The translations under genes and the position numbers were made by a program. Positions 58,013 through 64,000 of a DNA stretch of 64,000 nucleotides are shown in pieces; within the stretch, counting starts at the first letter, position 1, and every line of letters starts with the position of its first letter. The notes under the pieces are model-generated. The model ran no database searches and was not told the DNA's origin. It worked only from the letters and a program-made list of their open reading frames with translations. The stretch comes from a virus (Duplodnaviria > Caudoviricetes): positions 128,001-192,000 of IMG/VR virus record IMGVR_UViG_3300002092_001784; one strand, given 5' to 3'.

Positions 58013-58210
58013 ATGAGTAAAAAAATAAAATATAGTGTTGATTGTTATATTCCTGGACAACATCATAGTAATATAATAGAATGTAGAGAAATGGCAATAT
58101 ATGGAGGGGCATATACTTTTTGGGATTGTGAATATGGTGAAACAAATAGACTAATAGCCTCGTACCCGATAATGTTTACGATTATTGAAAATACGGAAAC
58201 CGATGAATAA
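58013..58210 (+). CDS. Hypothetical protein
   Basis: Short ORF. Confidence 0.6.
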   Translation: MSKKIKYSVDCYIPGQHHSNIIECREMAIYGGAYTFWDCEYGETNRLIASYPIMFTIIENTETDE

Positions 58211-59459
58211 TTTAGATAAAAAATACACCGATTTACTTCAAGATATTTTGGATAACGGTGTTAAAAAAGAAGATAGAACTGGTACTGGTACTATATCAGT
58301 GTTTGGAAGACAAATAAGGCATAAAATGTCTGAAGGATTTCCTTTGCTAACTACCAAAAAGATGTATTTCAAAGGTATTGTAACCGAACTACTATGGTTT
58401 TTGCGTGGAGATACAAATATTGAGTATTTGGTTCATAATGATTGTCACATATGGGATGGGGATGCCTATAAGAGATACGTTAAAGAAAATCAATTTAACT
58501 CAAATGCAAAATGGTTGAAACCTGTACTGTTAGAAAATGGACATTATGGAGCAGATTTATATACAAAAGAAGAATTTATCAACAAAATAAAAACCGATAA
58601 TGAATTTGCTGAGGAATGGGGAGAACTTGGACCAGTGTATGGGAAGCAATGGCGAAAATGGGAAAGGTATGGTCATAGGGGGGTTCAGAATGGAGCATTG
58701 GACTGTGGATTTATTACCCAAGAAGATGTCGATAAAGAAATGTATATAGATCAAATCGCAACCCTAATCAACGACCTTAAAACAAATCCCGATAGCAGAA
58801 GATTGATGGTTAATAGCTGGAACGTAGGTGAAATTGACCAAATGGTTTTACCACCATGTCATTACGGATTTCAATGTTACACTAGAGAGTTGAGTCACAA
58901 AGAAAGGTGTGATTTATTTGGACATAATGATGATCCAAACCGAAAAGACTCTTATTCCAAATGGTTGGATGATAACGGATTTCCGAAAAGAGCTATCTCT
59001 TTAATGTGGAATCAACGTTCAGTAGATACACCATTGGGACTTCCATTCAATATAGCATCTTATGGGTTACTACTTACTATGATTGCCGATGAAGTTAATA
59101 TGGTGACTGATGAAGTTATTGGTAATTTAGGGGATTGTCACATATACCTTAACCAAATCGAAGGTGTTAAAGAACAAATTGGACGTGAATTTACATTAGA
59201 AGAACGAATTGATATGGCATCTAAATGTAACGGTTTTGACCCGTTTGATTTTGGTATTGGAGAACATAGAACTAACGCAATTCAAAAATATCATGACCAT
59301 GAAGTTTGTGATGCTTATGAAGTTCCCCGACGAACAAGAGAACCATATCCATTACCAACCGTTAAAGTTCAAGATGGTATAGAGTGTTCATCTATTAATG
59401 ATGTAATATTATTGGATTATAAATCACATCCAACAATTAAATTTCCTTTAAGCAACTAA
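58203..59459 (+). CDS. thyA: Thymidylate synthase with several insertions
   Basis: DRTGTGT, ELLWFL, LGPVYGKQWR, PDSRR, LPPCH, QRSVD, GLPFNIASY, HIYLNQ. Confidence 0.95.
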   Translation: MNNLDKKYTDLLQDILDNGVKKEDRTGTGTISVFGRQIRHKMSEGFPLLTTKKMYFKGIVTELLWFLRGDTNIEYLVHNDCHIWDGDAYKRYVKENQFNSNAKWLKPVLLENGHYGADLYTKEEFINKIKTDNEFAEEWGELGPVYGKQWRKWERYGHRGVQNGALDCGFITQEDVDKEMYIDQIATLINDLKTNPDSRRLMVNSWNVGEIDQMVLPPCHYGFQCYTRELSHKERCDLFGHNDDPNRKDSYSKWLDDNGFPKRAISLMWNQRSVDTPLGLPFNIASYGLLLTMIADEVNMVTDEVIGNLGDCHIYLNQIEGVKEQIGREFTLEERIDMASKCNGFDPFDFGIGEHRTNAIQKYHDHEVCDAYEVPRRTREPYPLPTVKVQDGIECSSINDVILLDYKSHPTIKFPLSN

Positions 59460-59486
59460 AAAATTCAATAAATAAATTACAAAACC

Positions 59487-59771
59487 ATGAAAGAATTATT
59501 TGAAAAACAATTAAAAAACGACACTCTAACTGAGGATAATATTGGTGAACTACATAATAAAACATATTTTAATGGGGAAGAAATACAAGTTGGCGATGTT
59601 ATACTATTTGCAATGTTAATGAGTGAAGTAATTGACAAAGAAGGTGAAATCCCAGAATTGCCAATGAAAATAATAATATTAAATGAAAGACATTTTAATT
59701 TGTTTGAATATGATGAACGACTTAATAAAAACAATGATTGGCCAATAATTAAATTTCCTTTAAGCAACTAA
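59487..59771 (+). CDS. Hypothetical protein ending in a copy of the ThyA C-terminus (IKFPLSN)
   Basis: 31-bp repeat of thyA 3' end. Confidence 0.7.
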   Translation: MKELFEKQLKNDTLTEDNIGELHNKTYFNGEEIQVGDVILFAMLMSEVIDKEGEIPELPMKIIILNERHFNLFEYDERLNKNNDWPIIKFPLSN

Positions 59772-59775
59772 ATTT

Positions 59776-59985
59776 ATGAAAATAACAATAAACGGAAAAG
59801 AACTTCTAAAACATTTAACGGAGTTTCACAATATAACTGATGAGGAAATTGAAAAAAGAGCCAACGGCGATGTTCAAAAACATTTACTATTGTTAATGGA
59901 AAGAGATTTTGTTCTAGAAATTAATACTGGAATTATTAAAGATTTGTTAAAATGGAGAAATGAAAGCGATAATAGCAAAAAATAA
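59776..59985 (+). CDS. Hypothetical protein
   Basis: Short ORF. Confidence 0.6.
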   Translation: MKITINGKELLKHLTEFHNITDEEIEKRANGDVQKHLLLLMERDFVLEINTGIIKDLLKWRNESDNSKK

Positions 59986-60346
59986 CAAAGATTTTATCGG
60001 GTTAGATGGAAATCTACCATGGAAGTGTTCAAGCGATTTAACACACTTCAAACACCTAACTATGGGTAGCACATTATTGGTAGGTTGGAAAACCGCTCAA
60101 ACGTTACCAAAACTGAAAGGTAGAACGGTTATAGTTTATGATAAAAACAATACCGAAACTGATTACACTAAAGCTGATTGGTGTATTGGTGGAAAGGATA
60201 CATACGAAAGATTTTGTGATAAATTTACAGAATTATATATATCACATATAGATGATGATACGATTGGAGATACCTATTTCCCTCGACTGGAAAAACTCAA
60301 TGTTAACTGCAAGATATATCATTACTATTTTAACCCAAATAAATAA
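59960..60346 (+). CDS. folA: Dihydrofolate reductase (short)
   Basis: IG.DGNLPW...DL.HFK.LT, VG.KT, L.GR, LYISHI, GDTYFP. Confidence 0.88.
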   Translation: MKAIIAKNNKDFIGLDGNLPWKCSSDLTHFKHLTMGSTLLVGWKTAQTLPKLKGRTVIVYDKNNTETDYTKADWCIGGKDTYERFCDKFTELYISHIDDDTIGDTYFPRLEKLNVNCKIYHYYFNPNK

Positions 60347-60351
60347 TAGAT

Positions 60352-60600
60352 ATGACACTTAAAGAGTTAAAAGAATGGATTAACGGTTTACCGGAAGAGT
60401 TTTCTGAATTTGAAGTAGTAAATGGTGAAGAAGCTGAATTAGATGGTCAGTATTGGTATCGCAAGGATAAACCGATAGTTTCCGCAATGGTAGATGATGA
60501 AAATCAAGAAGTATGCCTGTTTAATGGTGCTACAAGCGAATTATCGGATGAAGATATTGCTGAAATTAATAAATTAAAGGAAGAACAATCCACAAATTAA
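60352..60600 (+). CDS. Hypothetical protein
   Basis: ORF in run. Confidence 0.65.
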   Translation: MTLKELKEWINGLPEEFSEFEVVNGEEAELDGQYWYRKDKPIVSAMVDDENQEVCLFNGATSELSDEDIAEINKLKEEQSTN

Positions 60601-60614
60601 AATAAAAAAAAGTT

Positions 60615-61187
60615 ATGAAAGTAAAAAAAATTGAAGAATCCGTAATTTCCGATAAGGATATTAAATTATATACGGAGTCCGTTTCTAAATTAAATGGTGT
60701 TGTATTTACCGCAGCGGATGTGAATATAGATAAACGGATTATAACAGTTCGTATTGGGGCTAAAGAAGATGAATTGACTATGATCAATCCAAAGGTTATT
60801 GAATCTGCCGATAAATTTGTTGTTTATTTTGAAATCGATGACAGAAAGAAAAAGGTTAGAAAAACCAAACGGTCACCTTATTTAGTTGTAGAAACTGATA
60901 ATTTGGGCAAGGTGGAGTTTAAGGCAGAGAAAGAACATTGGAAAAATGCTGAAGAATTTATGACAGATGCTGGACTTGCAGAGTGTGTATTGGTTCAGAG
61001 AGCAATTGATGCGATTGACGGAATATCAATAATGGATTCTGTACGCAAGTATTCGGATACGGTTGTTAATAATTATAAACCCGGTCGTAACGAAAAGATT
61101 TTAATGGAAAGCGGTGATGGTGAAATGGTTTTTGTTAAAAGTAAATATTCACCAAACTACGAGCAAAAAGGATATAAACTTTTATAA
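60615..61187 (+). CDS. Peptide deformylase-like protein, catalytic motifs degenerate
   Basis: INPKVI and fold-order motifs present; GVVFTAAD, no EGCLS, QRAIDAIDG in place of QHExDHLxG. Confidence 0.65.
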   Translation: MKVKKIEESVISDKDIKLYTESVSKLNGVVFTAADVNIDKRIITVRIGAKEDELTMINPKVIESADKFVVYFEIDDRKKKVRKTKRSPYLVVETDNLGKVEFKAEKEHWKNAEEFMTDAGLAECVLVQRAIDAIDGISIMDSVRKYSDTVVNNYKPGRNEKILMESGDGEMVFVKSKYSPNYEQKGYKLL

Positions 61188-61189
61188 TT

Positions 61190-61438
61190 ATGGAAGGAAT
61201 TGATACAACTGCATTTTTACAAATGCAAAAGGATTTATTAACAGTTCAAATTATAGTTGAATGTCTGGTTGATGAACTCATTGAAACCAATGTTATATCT
61301 AAAGAAACGTTTTCGGTTAGATTGGATTCTAAAATAAAAATTATTACTGGTATTTTGGATAAGATGAAAACTGATGCTGTTGGGTTAGATACATTATTGA
61401 AATCGCCAATGGCATCGAATAAAGTTGGACAAGCATAA
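61190..61438 (+). CDS. Hypothetical protein
   Basis: ORF in run. Confidence 0.7.
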   Translation: MEGIDTTAFLQMQKDLLTVQIIVECLVDELIETNVISKETFSVRLDSKIKIITGILDKMKTDAVGLDTLLKSPMASNKVGQA

Positions 61439-61446
61439 TTTTTATA

Positions 61447-61731
61447 GTGATGGCAATATTTTTAACAATATGTATATTATTGGTATTATCATTGATTAGT
61501 AATTTTATACTTCTTATATTCGGTATTCGAATGGTTAAAAAAAATGAAGTATTGGCTGATTACATAAATGAATTTGATAATAGACAAGATAATACATTAC
61601 ATCAGCTGGAAACTATGCTTTCAGAAATGAGAGAAATTGATCTACGTGGTTCATTTGAATCGGATGATGAAGTTGGTGGTGTTTTTTCTGAATTGAAAGA
61701 CATCATAGAACAGTACAAAAACTTAATTTAA
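61447..61731 (+). CDS. Membrane-anchored hypothetical protein
   Basis: N-terminal TM helix. Confidence 0.7.
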   Translation: MMAIFLTICILLVLSLISNFILLIFGIRMVKKNEVLADYINEFDNRQDNTLHQLETMLSEMREIDLRGSFESDDEVGGVFSELKDIIEQYKNLI

Positions 61732-61733
61732 CC

Positions 61734-62483
61734 ATGCCAAGAAAGAAAAAAAGTAGAATATATTTCACAGATGATACCGAACAAGCTATTATAGAATATA
61801 ATAAAACTACGGATGGCACACTTCGAAATCGAATTTATAAAGAACGGATTCAATATCCATTTGAAAAATTAGCAGAAAACATATTAAATACATTTAAGTT
61901 TTCGTATTTCGATATTTCAAAAGCAGATGTACAGTCCGAAGTAGTATCTACGTTGATTGAAAAAATTCATATGTTTAAGGAGGGTAGGGGTAAGGCATTT
62001 TCATACTTTAGTATTGTGGCTAAAAATCACCTAATACTAAAAAATAATGGAAATTATAAACGATTTAAGAAAGTTACTCCTATATCGGAAATGCCGGAAA
62101 CTTGGAATCCAGAAAACGATTTCAGAGAAGTTGAAATGAATGATGAATATTCGGAGTTCAAACAACTGATGTTAAATTATTGGGACAAAAATCTGACAAG
62201 AGTATTTACCAAAAAAAGGGACATACAAATAGCAGATGCAGTTCTTGAATTATTTAGAAGAAGTCAATATATTGAAAACTTTAATAAGAAACATTTATAC
62301 CTTTTAATTCGTGAAATGACCGATTGTAAAACGCATTATATTACAACCGTTGTTAATGAAATGAAAAAACATCAGGTAAAAATGTTAAATAGTTATTTCG
62401 AAACCGGAATGTTTGAAGAACAAAATATTCCTTTTTGGGAAGAACCATATTTATTAGAAGAAACAAATAACGAAGAAGATTAA
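61734..62483 (+). CDS. Phage sigma-factor-like protein (gp55-like)
   Basis: YFT..TEQAI..YN, KLAENI, GKAFSYFSIVAKN resembling sigma region 2. Confidence 0.65.
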   Translation: MPRKKKSRIYFTDDTEQAIIEYNKTTDGTLRNRIYKERIQYPFEKLAENILNTFKFSYFDISKADVQSEVVSTLIEKIHMFKEGRGKAFSYFSIVAKNHLILKNNGNYKRFKKVTPISEMPETWNPENDFREVEMNDEYSEFKQLMLNYWDKNLTRVFTKKRDIQIADAVLELFRRSQYIENFNKKHLYLLIREMTDCKTHYITTVVNEMKKHQVKMLNSYFETGMFEEQNIPFWEEPYLLEETNNEED

Positions 62484-62484
62484 T

Positions 62485-62856
62485 ATGGAACGGATAGCAT
62501 CGATGTTTTTTCACAGTAGAACCCAAGCGCATGTATTTCACTTGAGAGTTAAAGGACCTGGAGCATATGCAGCTCATAAAGCATTGCAAGATTATTATGA
62601 TGGTATTGTAGACCTTATCGATGGGTTGGTTGAATCATATCAAGGAAAATATGGATTAATTGAATTTAAGAATGTATCAAATATAGATAATAATGCGGAA
62701 GCGGATAATATAATTTCTTATTTCAAAAATCTATGTATTTTTCTTGAAAAAGAAAGACAAGATGAAAAGTTAAAAGATTCTTGGATTCAAAATCAAATTG
62801 ATAATGTGTGTGAATTATTAAATTCCACTTTATATAAGTTAACTAACTTACAATAA
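62485..62856 (+). CDS. Dps/ferritin-like four-helix protein (DUF5856-like)
   Basis: HVFHL..G.YAAHKAL..YY...D...ESYQGKYG, TLYKL. Confidence 0.75.
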   Translation: MERIASMFFHSRTQAHVFHLRVKGPGAYAAHKALQDYYDGIVDLIDGLVESYQGKYGLIEFKNVSNIDNNAEADNIISYFKNLCIFLEKERQDEKLKDSWIQNQIDNVCELLNSTLYKLTNLQ

Positions 62857-62951
62857 TACATCATTTTTATTATTTGGGGGTATCTGATATTTATTATTGG
62901 ATACCCTTTTTTTGTGTCTAATTGTACAATTTTATGTAAAATATTAAAAAT

Positions 62952-63242
62952 ATGTCATATTTACAAAAACTTTTAAGTAAATTACTGAATGATAATAATC
63001 ATTTCAATGAAAAAATATTCGTTGGATTGTTATCGTTTTTATTAATTGCAGTTACTATGATTTTGGATTTAGTTACTGGGTATGTAGGCAAACCGTTGGT
63101 TATTAATGAGTTTGTATTTAATGGGGTATTGATATTGTGTTTGGGTTCTCTTGGAATTTCAAGTGTGGATAAGTTTACAAATAAACACAATCCGGCGAAT
63201 GGTGAAGATGATGCTGATATACAAGACCCACCTGTTCAATAA
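62952..63242 (+). CDS. Two-TM membrane protein (possible holin)
   Basis: Two hydrophobic helices, charged tail. Confidence 0.55.
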   Translation: MSYLQKLLSKLLNDNNHFNEKIFVGLLSFLLIAVTMILDLVTGYVGKPLVINEFVFNGVLILCLGSLGISSVDKFTNKHNPANGEDDADIQDPPVQ

Positions 63243-63283
63243 TTATAAATCATATATTTATATATATAATTAACATTGATAGT

Positions 63284-63928
63284 ATGTGGAAGAGTTTATT
63301 TGATTTGAAAAATATAGTAATTGCAGTATTGGCTGGTATAATTCTATGGCAAACATTTGTAGTGATTCCTAATAAGAAAAAAGGTGACACTGTTTATATA
63401 GATGGTAAACCATATGAAGTGGTAGTACATAAAGTAGATACTGTATATAAATGGAAAGAAAAAATTGTATTTAAGGATGGTTCTAAAATCCATTATGATA
63501 CAGTATACATTCAGCTTCCAATTAATATAGATACATTCAAAGTAGTCAGAGATTATTATGCAAAATATATAGCTACCGATACATTGGTTCTTGATAATAA
63601 AATGGGTACTATAACAATTCGTGATACGATTACTCAAAATAAAATACTAAACAGATGGTGGCATTCCAATATAAAAGAAACTACTATAAATGATGTAACG
63701 ATAGTTAAAGAACCCGCAAGAACTCAATTATATTGGGGAATTGATGGTTCGTTTAATTCAACAACATTTATGAACGCAGCATCGGTAGGTGTTATACTAA
63801 AAACAAAATCAGATATGCTATATAAATTGGGAATTGGTATTGCTGATTCGCATATTGGTACATCGATAAATGGGGTAACGCCATATGTTGGTGCTGGGGT
63901 ATACTGGAAAATAAAATTAAAAAAATAA
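63284..63928 (+). CDS. Membrane-anchored hypothetical protein
   Basis: N-terminal TM, DTV repeats, beta-rich C-terminus. Confidence 0.7.
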   Translation: MWKSLFDLKNIVIAVLAGIILWQTFVVIPNKKKGDTVYIDGKPYEVVVHKVDTVYKWKEKIVFKDGSKIHYDTVYIQLPINIDTFKVVRDYYAKYIATDTLVLDNKMGTITIRDTITQNKILNRWWHSNIKETTINDVTIVKEPARTQLYWGIDGSFNSTTFMNAASVGVILKTKSDMLYKLGIGIADSHIGTSINGVTPYVGAGVYWKIKLKK

Positions 63929-63931
63929 AAA

Positions 63932-64000
63932 ATGTCAACCGATTTTGAATTATTTAAGGGAAAATCATTAAGCTCTTTGTTTAAGGATATATACACCAAT
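63932..64000 (+). CDS. Hypothetical protein, truncated by window edge
   Basis: MSTDFELFKGKSLSSLFKDIYTN... Confidence 0.6.
   Translation, partial: MSTDFELFKGKSLSSLFKDIYTN

Noticed and set aside
58203-59459. Group I intron or intein in thyA
   Set aside because: ORF is continuous, inserts are short and lack splicing or endonuclease motifs.
370-63999. Most minus-strand and off-frame ORFs in the track (e.g. 3016-3354, 12051-12368, 53888-54331)
   Set aside because: Shadows of better-supported + strand genes; only 39890, 43727, 44110 and 45122 are accepted on the minus strand.
1-64000. Stop-codon reassignment (TAG or TGA)
   Set aside because: Long conserved genes are uninterrupted in code 11; TGA occurs in ATGA overlaps and TAG ends genes cleanly; no canonical suppressor tRNA.

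Overview
A 64-kb segment of a large, AT-rich, lytic dsDNA phage (jumbo-phage-like) that almost certainly infects Bacteroidota. The host call rests on many TTTG-N~20-TAnnTTT(G/A) promoters and Bacteroidota-type lipoprotein, OmpA and beta-barrel genes. Genes are dense, mostly on the + strand, in the standard code (TAA, TAG and TGA all act as stops). Recognisable genes: mgsA, two HNH nucleases, SAM methyltransferase, secreted non-specific nuclease, metallophosphoesterase, RNA ligase, OmpA, SF2 helicase, dCMP deaminase, PhoH, 5'-nucleotidase, HD hydrolase, Hsp20, UvsE, ThyA, DHFR, a degenerate peptide deformylase, a sigma-like factor and a Dps-like protein. Most unusual structures: (1) a tandem array of 13 divergent paralogues of one ~80-aa W-rich domain (7.7-11.4 kb); (2) an adjacent array of 7 unrelated proteins sharing an MIKLKxLLxE leader, resembling a capsid-targeting signal (11.8-15.2 kb); (3) 15 promoters with an invariant 56-bp geometry carrying an 11-bp-period TTAACA direct repeat (Pho-box/OmpR-like); (4) a tRNA locus (20.1-21.7 kb) mixing canonical tRNAs with anticodon-defective or D-armless look-alikes and pseudoknotted RNAs. 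Also seen: an attC-like hairpin, a probable -1 frameshift at an A10 run and a duplicated thyA 3' end. No database searches were possible, so all family calls are from motif recognition.
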